From positions 19,964,001 to 20,028,000 of the forward strand of contig NC_134480.1 of assembly GCF_964194025.1 (NCBI RefSeq): a stretch of 64,000 bases of DNA. Direction: 5' to 3'. The translations under genes and the position numbers were made by a program. Positions 26,653 to 39,371 of the stretch are shown here, piece by piece (the stretch's first letter is position 1; every line of letters starts with the position of its first letter). This stretch comes from Convolutriloba macropyga (Eukaryota). Under the pieces are notes generated by a model, which saw only the letters and a list, made by a program, of their open reading frames with translations, was not told where the DNA came from and searched no databases.

Positions 26653-29600
26653 AATCCGAAATTTGATTTGAAATGGAAAGAGCTCAGATAAAAGCCCTTG
26701 AGTTGATTCAGTGTCAGGACACAATATCCATTCCTAATATACCCAATGCAGCAAAATACCCAAAATATACCCAAAATTTATTCCAATGCCGAAATTACAA
26801 GAACGATTATTTAAAATAATATTAAGCTAATGCATTTGTCCGTGCCTTTCGAGTCATGGCAAAGTCTCAACGGCACGTGGTACTTGATACCGAACTATCA
26901 CAATGGAACATGGATTAAGTTATCCGTTGAAGTATAATGAAACCTGCTTCTAATACTTAGTGCTAATTTGTAATCGGATTATTTAACAAAGATCCAGGGC
27001 TCAAATAGAGTTTAATGGCATTTTCAGTCATATTGAGAGAATGCCACATTGGTGATTTTGACATTGCCCATAGTAATATGTAACCAGTGAATCAAATAAT
27101 TTGAAACGAATTCGAATTATTTCTGAGCTCATTTCAACTAAATTATTTCATAAAAATTTGGCAGGTCCTAAGTTTAAAATCTGAAGGAATTACAAACACG
27201 ATATTTTTCCGAATCGGAATCATTGTTTAATCAAAAGATTCTTTAGATAAAAATTTTTCAACCATTTGGAGCAAAAAACTGCTGAAATATTTTTCACAAT
27301 TAACAAAAACCCTATCATTAGTATGCAATATTCTCACGGTTAAAATCAAAAAATGGTTTCCCCGATGCAGTTTTAACTTTGTCATGCAATCTTTCGTGCC
27401 ACTATAGGGCAGCGTAAAATTTGGTGCGCTATTCGTTATACGGTTTCCAACTACTTTCAATAAAATCAAGCTATTAACTCAATATGGCTCAAATCGGGGA
27501 AACCATATTTGAATCAAAACGTTTGGCTAATCCCCTCTAACTCTGGTTTGCCACTGCAAATTTGCCATATTGAATCCCAGTGACGGTCTTATGGTATACT
27601 AAACCGCCAACTTTTGGCTCATTTAGGAAAACCGCGGGACAGTGTCATGTGGCCTCGTCAAAAACAGCATAAAAGAGCCCAAAGCAGTGATAGTTGAATT
27701 TGTGCCTTTTAGGAAAACCCATGACTTCGTAGGGATCAGTATTTTCGCATGTTTCATGGTTGCCATAGGAAATTGCTTACATCATGGGCAGATCTGCCTT
27801 CGCTTTAGTTTAGCCATACCTTTGCATAGTAATGATTCGATAACAACCTTTTCATTTTTCCAAGTGATTAAACAACAGTTTTTGAAAACTTTCTGAAGAG
27901 AACTGAGGCCTAACGCATAGTAACAAAAAATTTTAGTAAGCAACAAAAAATTTGTTTGAACGAAAGGGAGTGAAATGGGCGCTACGTCGCCGTGTTAATG
28001 AAATCTTAAGCTGCAATAAATTTTGAGCTGTAATAATTAACGGTGAAATAAAGAAAAAAATTACCTAATCATAAAAATTCGAGAGCTCTTCAGTGACCCC
28101 ACCTGTATACAACGCAAAAAAAATTAAAAATATCGGTCAGCAAAAACTTACGTAATAGAAGAGGCCGAGCGGGCATGAAATTACCAGCCCAATTTATGGA
28201 CCGTTACAATAATATGCTCAATAATCAGATAATTCTGTCCCTTAGAAACTAAAGTAATCTACAGAAACATGTTTTCAATTTACTATTAGCGAAGATGAGG
28301 ACAGGAAAGGACAAAATATGAGAGTATAAAATTCTCTAATGATTCTCTATTGGAGTATACAATTGGAGAATGGTCTTTCATGATTGGCTCATAGTAAAAG
28401 TTAACTTGCATAAATACACCGCCACCACGAGTACTCTTACAGTTTTATTTTCAGAAAAAACTAATTCTTGAGAAGATACCTTTTATGGTAACTTACCATG
28501 TTTAAAAAAAAATGCAGATTCCAGATTCTATATAAAAGCTAAATTGCTCAACGTGGGCTCTGTGGCATTCTCAAGTGAATGACACACCATGGTTTCTGCT
28601 TTTTTTCAGAAATTTTGGTTGCTCGGTCTGCTGACGAAAACGAGACACATGGTCACTTGACTTATAATCGACCGTCTGCGCTCTATGATAGAAATAGATA
28701 ATTTGAGAGAAACAGAATTTGCCATTCTGTTTAGCATACAATAAAGAACCTTCTTTTCTCTACGAATCATTAAGCCATTGATTGTCCTTCACTAAAATTT
28801 GACCAGCAAATATCTCCCACCATGCAAAAATTCCAAAAATGGGAGTTCAAGAAGAAGTTTCGGCCCAAACCTTTACACAAACATATCGCATTTGGCACCT
28901 CATTGGGCTTAGTTAAACATAACCAGTGAACTGCCAAAAAAGCCACCATTGATATCCATGACCACAATTGTGATCGAAGGGAGAACTGAAGTGCGTATGT
29001 GCAAAAAATGCTGACAAATTGTGCCATTTTTATTTAATTTCGTAGTGGGCAAACTCTTGTCTTCTAATGTGAAGATACGGGAATTAAATTCAATACCAAA
29101 AAATAGATCTGATGAATAAGACTAATTAGAACAAAGTTCAAACACCGGGGAACTAAAACTTGATATTGGTTTTTACTATTGCTATTCTTGATTTCGTTTT
29201 TAATATAAACGCAGTTCATTTTAAACTGCTTTGCTGAGCAGCTGCTGCTTAGAAGCATTTTTAGCCAAATGAGCGAGAAAAATTATTTTTGAGATTTGAC
29301 GTAAAATGATGAAATGGCAAAGTAAGGCACTGAGGGACAACCGTGCAGCATCGATCCTTCAATGTTTTTATAGCAGCAAATATTTATGCAATGATTCTTG
29401 CAATCCATTTCCTCTAATCTAATATCAATTCGGTTATATGATTCGAGCTGTACTATGTGGCCACTAGCTTGCAAACATGGTCGTATCTGTTTTCAATTCT
29501 GCGAGAGATTTTGATACTGCAGATTGTTTCTGCGGTCTCAGTTTTCAGGTAGTCAAAAATTACGGGAACGGCAGCATCAATTGACCTTTGAATTGTTTCA

Positions 29601-29971
29601 GATGTCTGCTAATCAGATTCAATCAAAACTCATAGCAGTGCACAGTCTGTTTAAGCTTCCTTCTGTAACCAGTGTTGAGTCATGATACCTCAGCGTGGGT
29701 GAAAGCTCTTTAATTAAAGTGTCATTATCCTCATTTGACACTTCGAATGTTTCAACCGATCTGCGTCATCTCGAATCATTTCAATAAATTCCAGCATGGA
29801 GCTATTTAATAAGTTTATCACCGCAATGAAGCTAAGCATAAAGACTGTAAATAGCAAATCTTGAAAGCTTCTTTCTTTCACAGATTTGTGAAATATTTTT
29901 GCGAAAATTCTAGGCTATGCTACGCTTCTGACATCAGTGACGTTGACATTAAACCACAATTTTTTTATTAC

Positions 29972-30127
29972 CTTAGGGGGTCCCAGAATCGTAGCGACCC
30001 ATTCCCTCATGTCCATATCATCCTGGTCTGCCAATCCCCAGGAGATAGTGGACTCGCTAGCTTTGAGAGAATCCTCGTGCTCTTCTAGCAGCTTGAAACT
30101 CCTCGGATACACAACTGGAGCTGCCAT
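29972..30127 (-). CDS. UBE2V: Ubiquitin-conjugating enzyme E2 variant (UEV1/MMS2), exon 1
   Basis: MAAPVVYPRSFKLLEE...ISWGLADQDDMDMREWVATILGPPK matches the UEV motifs PRNFRLLEE...VSWGL...W.G.IIGPP. Donor AAG|GTAATA. Confidence 0.92.
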
Positions 30128-31015
30128 CGTCTATCAGCGTCAAGTCCTTCTTTCACTCGCAAACTTGCGGCCAAATCAGCACCTGAGAGACTTTTTATCG
30201 TCCGATGCAGCCTGCTTTCAAGTATGGTCTGACTTAAAAGACAAGACTTATTTAAAAGCGGTCAAATTGAATTTCAGTTCTCTTGAACAAGCCTACTTTT
30301 AAGTTCACGTTCAACTCAAAAATGGATTTACTGCATTACTTTTGTAATAAACTCCAAAGTTTGTTCGTAATTGCCGATCGAGTTGAACGTATAAGAATTT
30401 TCAATGTTTATCAATAATTTCAATTCTGAGCATTTTGTTCCAAATTCATTCGTAAAGTCAGGCCATACAGAAAGCACTCGAGAAAAATCGGAACTGCCAG
30501 AATTTTGTTTTGATATGCAGATGCAACAATACTGATTCTGCATAAAAATATTTATAAGGCCTATCAAGACATTGAAATAGTCATTAAAAGCAATGTAAGA
30601 AATATTCACTAAAAAGCATCGAAATCATTAACTACAGAAGATGAAGTCTTGTTCAGCCGGGTGTAGTTACCGAGTTTGGGGCAGTTCCGATAAATCTCGA
30701 CCTCTAACTCTGTGAGAATTGAGACGTGGGAACAATAGACAATTTTGCCTTCTGTGGAAGTTGCGATTAGTGAGTATCCAGCTCAACTATCTGAAAAGGT
30801 CATACATGCGTCAACGCGAACACAAAAAAGCAGACAATAAATAGCTCCCCGATTAAATTTTAAACATAGCTGTTGAATTGGCGGAAAATAGTCGCCGTCG
30901 ACGCATATCGGAATTAAAACAAATAAAGAAGAGAAAAAACTGACAGCATTTGCTTCTAAGTGCCCACATAACAGCAGCTGACGTGCGGAATCAACAAAAG
31001 TGCTAAGGAAAGAAA

Positions 31016-31029
31016 AGAGAGAGAGAGAA

Positions 31030-31060
<31 letters not shown>
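31016..31060. repeat. (GA)n microsatellite inside a dispersed repeat shared with 63697-63980
   Basis: Flanks CACATAACAGCAGCTGA.GTGCGGAATCAACAAAA and GATTC.ACTCTG.AACTT occur at both loci. Confidence 0.85.
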
Positions 31061-34000
31061 TACAGAGTAGGAGCAAGAAAGAGAAAGAAAGAAACCCCAA
31101 CAGAGAAAGAGCTATGAATATTTTTCACGATAAGATTCGACTCTGAAACTTTAGTTTTCTAGCCTTGTTAATAATTAAACCACATAGAAAACTAAAAAGT
31201 GCAAAATTAAACAAAAATCCAGATTTCGCAGTGAAAATAACGTTCAACACCATTTTTTGTCTACGAAAATCTGTTTTGTAACCCATCTGCAAGACTTGAA
31301 AAGTATCGTTGGCCAGTAATGGTCGTTAAACTCACGAAAAGGACAGAACATTCGAAAATTTCAAAAAGAATTGCAAGTTTTTACAAAATCTTGCTAAAAT
31401 TCGTAATATTAATATCTCAGAACCATTTCATTGTCTCAAGATTCAGTATCCCTATTTCCAGCATTAAACACTTTTACTGGCTCATAAAGATCCATAAACC
31501 TGAAAAATGACAAAAAATTTTCTGAAAAATTGAAACAAAATAAAATTTAATATAAAAAATGCTCACACTCAAATCCACAAGCTCTGGAAATAATACAACA
31601 GCTTATTATCAAAACTTGGAGGAACCTGGAGCCCTCGTGCCCACAAATTTAAAAATATTCAAAAAATTACAATTTCAAATAATTACAAAAAAATTGCTTA
31701 AATTCGTGAAATTAAACTCTTGAAAAATATTCCATTTCATCTAGAAAATATGCAGTAACCTATTATCAAACCCTAGAGGAGGCTCCTTGGCTCTTGAGGC
31801 TAGAGAAACCTAGAAAATCAAAAAAATTTAAAACTTGAAAAAAAATTGCCACTTTAAAAAAATGCTAAAATTTGATATTAAAAATGCTAAAAAAAATGCT
31901 AAATTTGATCATTAATTTCTCTTATTCACACTTGGCTCTCTGCTTTTCTTACTCCTCCCATTTAATGTTTTAGCTCCGATTCCGCAAAAACAGAGGAGGG
32001 AAGCGGAATTGACAGTTGGACAACAATTAATAAAAGAAAAACTACCTAACACCGTAGTGAAAAATCCATCGCAACACTTGGCTTTCTTCTTGACTAAATG
32101 AGTTGAAATTTCGAAAATTTATTTAACTACAGATATCTTTATTTTATTAAGAGATTGCAATCTCAAGCTTCCGGATGAAAAAGGAAATCGCTTTTAAATG
32201 ATTTTAAAGAAAGCCAGTAGATCATTACAACAATACCTCGTCACATTTATCCAAGATTTATGTCACTACTTTCAACACCTTTTTGGACTTAAATAGCCTC
32301 CAGATAGGGTTCTCGATTTTAAAAATAATGATCTAAGACATAGTTCAGAAACTAAATCTTGTTAATGAACATATAATGGTACGTTCAAACCAGCAATTTG
32401 TCTTCTCAATCCGCAGTTGGTAAAATGAAGTTTTTTTGTCTAATTAAAAATCGATTAGCTTTCTTTGATTTCTGCTCAATTGCCATTTTATTGCTAGTTT
32501 TCGTTCACCGATAGCTCAAAAACACAAATCGTGGACAAATGTGAAGGATATTTCCGAACTTTCTCGAATTTTAGCTAAATTCGCCTTAGTCACTGATTTC
32601 CACGCTCAATTATAACTCTAATCTTAATACATCGGCTGTGAAAAATCCAAACAAAATCAGGCAAAATTGTTTGTTTTTGTGTACGTTTGGTGGCCTAATG
32701 ATCGACGGTGACCAGTTTTCGTCGATTAATCAGGGGTTTTCCCAAGGACCCAAATATTTGAAAGACAAATTCCAGAATTACTTCTTGGAGTTGATATTTT
32801 CAAAACAAAACACCGTTCAACTAAAGCAGATTAAAAACACGAAGAATCAAATCCTAATTTGAAATAGGAAAACTACAACAGACTCAATCGCGAAATTGCA
32901 CTGCAAGAATGGTCATCAAACTGTAGAACAACAGGAACTGGTACTATTTTTCAAGACTCATTGAAAGCGTTGAACACAATTAAACTGGAATGTGCCATTG
33001 AAACTAGTGAATCAAAAAATAAGCAGAGCAAAAGTGGTTGAAAAGAGCAAAATCATACTTCAATAAAAGTAAAACAAGGCGTTTTCAAAGAATTGGACTT
33101 TTTTTGTTTTACAGAGTAATAAGGAGTTTTGTGTCAGGAAAGTTGCGTTAATTCCTCTGATCAGAGCAAACAACAATCATTGCCGGAAAACGAGAATGGC
33201 GGGTTCTCATAAAAACGATCAACAAGAGCAGTCAAATGCAAGAATTAAAAAAGTAACAGGAATATTGATTGACGATATAAAATTGTATTTCCGATTGCTT
33301 GAATACTTGTATTTGCAGAACGCGGCTTGTATAAGGTGCAAAAAGTCAATCCAATATCGCCCTCTTTTCATGAGCAAGAAACTCATTTCAATTTCAATAC
33401 AGAAAAAATATATCTCAGAACAGCGATCAGCTATCCAACTGAAAACACCGGATCCAGGCTGTTTGCAATCAATGTCTTTGAACATGTTGAATTGTCTATT
33501 GAAACTGAGTTTAAATTTGCAACCAATGGGTTCATAAGTAAAAACAAGAACTTTCAAAGTTTTATGCTACTCCGGTGTACAAAGAAGGGAGACAGATGCC
33601 ACATGCTATTACGCAACTTCCGTGACCACCAAAATTGGCAAGAGGTTCTGATAGCCTTTTACTGAAAATACTTCCAATGAAAAAATTTCTTTACGAGAAG
33701 CAACAACAACAACAACATAGATTTAGCAAAAACTTTTAACCGCGGGGTTCTTTGGTGGTTTCAAGGAGACCCATTTGTTTCTTCTAATAGTAAACAGTCA
33801 GTCAAAATGGAAACCAAAATCAATTGGATTGTTACCAATCACAACAGTTCTCAAGAAAAATTAGAAGATTTTTTGGTTAATGCATTAAATACTAGAGAAA
33901 GGCTCTATTATTCAAGGGCCGCGAAACCACGGTGACCTTACTTGCGACATGATCAAGTTTTTTTTTCCAATTCATCGAAATTCAGTCCGATAGTGGAGCT

Positions 34001-35584
34001 AGGACGACCCCATTTTTGTATTCATCTCATTGAGAAGTGAATGAAAAACAGCTGCAAGAGTATCAAATTTTCCCGCCTCCCAAATTTCTCACCCAATTCC
34101 CTTACAATAATCTCGGGAAAATCCAACAGTCGTGGACCAAATCATTTTTCTCAATGGAACCCTTTTCGAGCACTTAATTTTAGGGAGTTACTGTACTCGC
34201 CAAGGACAAACGAGCCAGCTTTCCCCAATATTGACTCCAGCAAAATCAAAATTTTAAAAAAAAGTTAAAAAAACGACGCAAAAACCAAGAAGTCACTTTT
34301 TTTAAATACATGAATGATAGATGACTAGAACAAGACGAAATGAATAGAAGGAATTTCCCCGCATCTTGGCAATTTAACACTAAAAATCTCATTAGTCGAC
34401 TTGCAAAACCCAACGTTCTGGAGTCGTTAATATGTCTTGAGAAAAAGTCACAAATTTGAAATAGAAAACAAATGCATAAAAGTAAGAATTCGCGGCAATT
34501 TATCCCAACAATGATTAATATCTTTTGTAAAAATTACATTAAATCACTGCTCAAGGCTGACACAGTCTAGCAAAGCAATAAATTTAAAACCAGGCAAAAT
34601 CAAACTTTCAGTTTAATTTAAAAAAAATAAGAGAAAAGCAATAATTTTCACACATCCAGAAAAGAAGAAATTTCCCGTTCTGTTTTTGTAATTTTAATTG
34701 CGGACGCCTTCACCGTTCTAAAATTGGTATCAACTGTTCACGAGGTTTAGAAAATTACACTTTTTTAAAAATTGTATCAACGATTTGAGCTGTTTTTGTT
34801 CTCACACCAAATAGTGAAAATTCTGAAGAAAGAAAATCGTCAATAAATTTTAATGCATTTTAATTTTAACCCAACAAATTCCTCCAAGTGACAAACAAGG
34901 CTTGTCACTCATCAAAACATTTGATATTTAAGTTTTCTTTGAGATTGAAATTTTTAAAGAATATATTTTACTGTGTATTTTCTCGAGGTTGAAAATGCAA
35001 AAAATAAACATTTAGTTTTTCTCTCATTTTCTCCAAAACGGAAGCATTGTTCTTATTCTGCCTAACCACTGTGGGTACTGTTTTCAAAAAATGGTTATCA
35101 CCGTTTGCGAGGTAAAAATCGTAAATAATGGCAAATATATATGAAAGAAAACAGATCTTTACGAGAAACGACTCAATTAACCATGAATGAGATAAAGACA
35201 ACAATAATAGTCTTTAAACATGTGCTGTTATTTTTTAAAATTAGCTGTTGTATTCGGTTGGACTTTCCTATTCTTTTATTAGTAGGCTCTGATAGTAAAG
35301 AAACGAGCACCGCAGACAATTGAATGCGCTGATTGATTGACGAGTACCTCCTATTCGCATTTGAATTAATTAATCCCACAGCTCACGGTCACTTTCAAAA
35401 TTTTAAATTAAAAGTTCATTATATTACATCAACATTCTCCAGTCCTCCGCCAGATTTTGGAGGAAAATCACGTATGAGGTCTTGGCTGGCTCTCCAAATA
35501 ACGTAGACCTTCAATATCCTACTTCCACATTCATTCGTCTTGAACGCTTCCAGTCTCACCTTCTTCTCATCAAAAACCCATTCA

Positions 35585-36556
35585 TTAATTTACTTCATCC
35601 CGCTGTTTAAAATTCCGATTTTTGTTTGACCCGAACTTCCTCTTTTTGAACAAACCCAAACTAGAAGCTGGTTCTTTCTTTACTTCATCGTCAAAATCAT
35701 CTTCATCAAATTCTATTCTCTTCTCTTTAACTTTTAGTCTATCATCCGGGTCGTCTTCTTCAAACGCCTCGCGTGGTAAATGAGAAAAGAGGTGTGAATT
35801 ATCAGTTTGTTCAGGCAGGTCTAACTTGATTGGATGACGTGTTAATTCATCGGGATTTTCAACAGGTACAAAGGCGCCGTATGCCATCTCTCTACCTTTT
35901 GCACCTTCTCGTGGTTCTGTTTTCATCTCAGCATATTCCAATTCTTCTTTGCTTCTGTAACCGTGAGTTGTTGATATATCACGAAAAGCACTACTTTTAG
36001 GTTCCGGTTCCTCTTTAGTTTCTGAAACTCCAACGTTATCGTAAACTTTTAAAATGTTTGGGCTCTCGGGTTTTACCCAAGTGGACTCGTTTGTTTTCAC
36101 GTGAATGTAGTACAACTGTCCCGAGTTGGTCTTGAACTCGTACCATTCCGGTTCGTCGTCATCCACTTCTTTTTCTTCAATTTTTGGCTGCTTGGCATCG
36201 AAATTTGGACGGATTCCGCTCTCACTTTGACGTTTCTGTTTACTAATTGAGCTGTTAGTAGAGCTTGCATTCGAACATGATGCGTCAGTTTGTACCTTTG
36301 AATTCGAATTAAGTCCCATATCCCTTTTGTAAGCTTCTTTTGCATTTTTCTCCATAATTCGGAACAATTTTTGAGCCTGTATTTCTTCCTTTTCCTTCCT
36401 GACACTGGCTTTGTGTGAAGAAGTTATTTTCTTTTGAACGGCTGCTTTGTGTCCTTTGCCATTTTCGTGAATGCTCACCGATATTTTGTTGTCAGCAATC
36501 CAGCATTTACAGAAATCGCAGTACTTGCGAGGAGTCGATTTCCAAGCTTCAGACAT
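35585..36556 (-). CDS. WBP4: WW domain-binding protein 4 (FBP21) spliceosomal factor, single-exon CDS, 323 aa
   Basis: N-terminal matrin/U1C zinc finger (WKSTPRKYCDFCKCWIADNK..S...HE.G..H), a coiled coil, a WW domain (WYEFKTNSGQLYYIHVKTNESTWVKP) and a C-terminal FKKRK...N...R motif. Confidence 0.95.
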   Translation of the reverse strand: MSEAWKSTPRKYCDFCKCWIADNKISVSIHENGKGHKAAVQKKITSSHKASVRKEKEEIQAQKLFRIMEKNAKEAYKRDMGLNSNSKVQTDASCSNASSTNSSISKQKRQSESGIRPNFDAKQPKIEEKEVDDDEPEWYEFKTNSGQLYYIHVKTNESTWVKPESPNILKVYDNVGVSETKEEPEPKSSAFRDISTTHGYRSKEELEYAEMKTEPREGAKGREMAYGAFVPVENPDELTRHPIKLDLPEQTDNSHLFSHLPREAFEEDDPDDRLKVKEKRIEFDEDDFDDEVKKEPASSLGLFKKRKFGSNKNRNFKQRDEVN

Positions 36557-37376
36557 TGTTTAACTGAAGAACATCATTAAAATAGAACAAAAATTATTTA
36601 AGCAACGTCATTATTCCAACGCTAAAGTAGATAAAATAAACATTGTCAGTGTACATAACAAAATCCTAGAATTGTCGATGCATAAAGCTTTTTAACAGAA
36701 ATGACATGAGATATCACTGCATGGTTAAAAAACATTACAGTCTGGAAACTAATTCGAATTCTCTGACAAACAGAAACAAACTACCCCTGGCGTCTTTTTA
36801 GGCCATTAAGCAATAAATATTCCAGCAACTTTCTCCCTCAAACAAGACGAGCATTTATTTCAGCCAAACTATATTCTATTAAAAACATACCCGGCAGATT
36901 GCCGGAAAATAGCCGCCGTTGATTCTAATAAGCATGATTGGGATTGAAAGAATAGAAGATATTGAAAAAAAAATATTTTTCTACAAAAACATTTTCAAGT
37001 CCGATTTATTTTGATGGCATTTCGTAGTTGAACATAACGTACTTCTGTTTCCTAGAGAGAGGGCACAGGGGCTACTATCAATACCAATAAGCATTAGAGA
37101 TGGTAACTAAGACTTATAGGAACGACGTTCAAATAGCGGGCATCTAAAATTGGGCTTTATGGGTTTATCCCGTTTCTATTTCTGACTTCAATTTTTTATA
37201 CCGACTCTGTTCATTTTGAATTGCTTTGCTTAGCAACTGATGTTCAAATTCACTTTTAGCAGAATGAGAGAAGAGAGAAACTAGCATAGAGAAGTCAAAA
37301 AGATATCACGCAAAATGTTGAAAAAGCGGCAAAATGAGGTAAAGCGAAACATTTTTTTATTCGACGAAGTAAAAAA

Positions 37377-39371
37377 CATAGCAGGACAAGTCCTGACGTA
37401 CAATTCAAAGATTTTTCATTGACTAAACAGAAAAACTAGACCTAGAATGGACAATGAGTGAACTGAGAACATCATTTTTAAAAAAAAAATCAGAAAAAAA
37501 ATAAGAAAAAACAGAAAATCAATGTCAAAATGCCGCATGTAAACCAAAAAACCACTATTGAGAAATAAAAATTTAATTCAAACAAAAAACTGGGTCTAAA
37601 ACGAGCTGTGAATGGATTGGGAAAACCAGTTAGAATAAAATCCGATCCAAAAAATCGAAAAAACAGTTGAAATCCAAGTGAAATTGCCGCATGTGAACAA
37701 AAAACCACTAGCGAGAAAGCTAATTTTTGTTCAAGCACCGTTTTCTCGCTCTACTTTAAAATTAGAGCGAAAAAATTTCACGCCGCAAAACCACTCGCTT
37801 TTTCGCTCCATTTCCTGTTTCGGCGTGACCAAAATCACAACTCCAATTTGACTTCAAAAATCATGAAAATGTGTGAACAGATCTTTAAAAAAAAAACATA
37901 GCCGGAAGAATTCCGGAAACGACTCGAAGTGAAAATCTATTTAACCGAAATCCAACTACTCATTAGAAAAAACTTGCCTCCACTAATTTATGTTTTCTCG
38001 AAACCAAACCATAAAGCAAAAAAGTAAAAACAAAAAAATCAAATCTGTTAAAAAATGGTTAAAAACTCTGATCAAATTTGGTCATAACTTGAGATCCCGA
38101 AATAACTATCTCTGCCAAAAATACTTCATCAAAACAACTAGTACTTACTAAAACCACTTAAGTGAATGTTATAAAAAAACTTGAGGCCAAATTATGAAAA
38201 AAAAAGCTCTTAAAAACAACTTGCACTAAAAAACTGGAAAGAGTTTGTAAATTTCTTAATATTACCAAAGCATATAAATCCAAAGAAAAAATCTTTTCAG
38301 CCAATAGGGCACCCAGATGCTCGCAAAACAATAGACAAGTCAAAATAGTATAAGAAACTTGTCTCAAAAAACAGAACAAAACCCGAAAAATTGCAAAAAA
38401 AATTAAGAAAAATAGTTCCAATGTTCGCCATTTTTTTGTCATATTTCTCAAAAAAAAGATTTACATCCAAAATTGCCCATACTTATTACTAAACAACTAG
38501 AACAACTATTATGAACCCTAAACCTCCACAAATGCCATAAAAAATAAAGGAATAGAAACGTCATTCGAAAACAAATTCAACAAAAAAACTATAAAACCTA
38601 AATGAGTTTTTTAATAGTACAAGGAAACATAAAGCCGAATAAGGTTCCTTTGCAATCACAGCAATGAAAAACTTGCAAAACAATGGGCCAGTTATAATAG
38701 GGTGGGTAAGACACTTGTGTAAGATTAAAAAAAGAAAAACTGCAAAAAATGAGAAAAATTGTTAAAAAATTTCTCAATTTTTCTGTCATTTTTCCTTAGA
38801 AAAAAATGATTTATACCAACAAAACTATAGTCAATTGGTATCTGACAATTCCCTAATTAACAAGCTTCTATTCAAATCCCACTTAAAGCAGTAAAACAAA
38901 AAAAAAACAGGTAAAAAAAATCATTAAATTTCGTCTAAAAATCAGCAAAACTGATCAAAAACCTCCAAATTAGCATTAAAAATCAAATTAACTGCTTGAA
39001 ACCTTCAATTCCTATCAAAAAAACCTAAAACTAAAACAATATCATAATCAAACCTCATAACCATCAAAAGTTGCAAAAAACTGCTTTTAAAAGCCGCACG
39101 TGAACAAAAAAAATTTCGCTCGCTTAGAAAAAATTTTTTCACACATCAATTTCTCGCTCTCTCAAAAACAGCGGTATGAACAAAAACCACTCTCTTTTCG
39201 CTCCGCTCTTCAGTTTTGTTCAGCACCAAAATTACTCCAAATTTTTTCACGCGTTTCATTTCCCGCTTCAAAATTCACTCCGAAAATTGATTAAAAAAAG
39301 GACTTCTCCAATACTCCTCTTCGAGTCGTAAAAAGACAGCGCCCCAATACAATTCAAATTCTTTGAATTGT
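37377..39371 (-). mobile_element. HINE family D nested in family A
   Basis: CATAGCAGGACAAGTCCTG hairpin plus TACAATTCAAAG at one end; TACAATTCAAATTCTTTGAATTGT at the other. Confidence 0.75.
37897..39329 (-). mobile_element. HINE family B nested in family D
   Basis: CATAGCCGGAAGAATTCCGG hairpin, subTIR ACGACTCGAAG ... CTTCGAGTCGT. Absent from the otherwise near-identical copy at 50127-51058. Confidence 0.8.

Noticed and set aside
20171-30127. Catalytically active E2 enzyme
   Set aside because: No HPN motif and no Cys at the active-site position (GRVII). The termini match the UEV/MMS2 family.
33196-33665. Three overlapping ~112-aa ORFs
   Set aside because: No recognisable motif or splice structure. 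Possibly TE debris, but I cannot support a call.
37490-39294. Hydrophobic Phe/Leu-rich ORFs here and at 17996, 30783, 49967 and 58729 that look like membrane proteins
   Set aside because: They are translations of T-rich transposon or microsatellite sequence with no domain signal.
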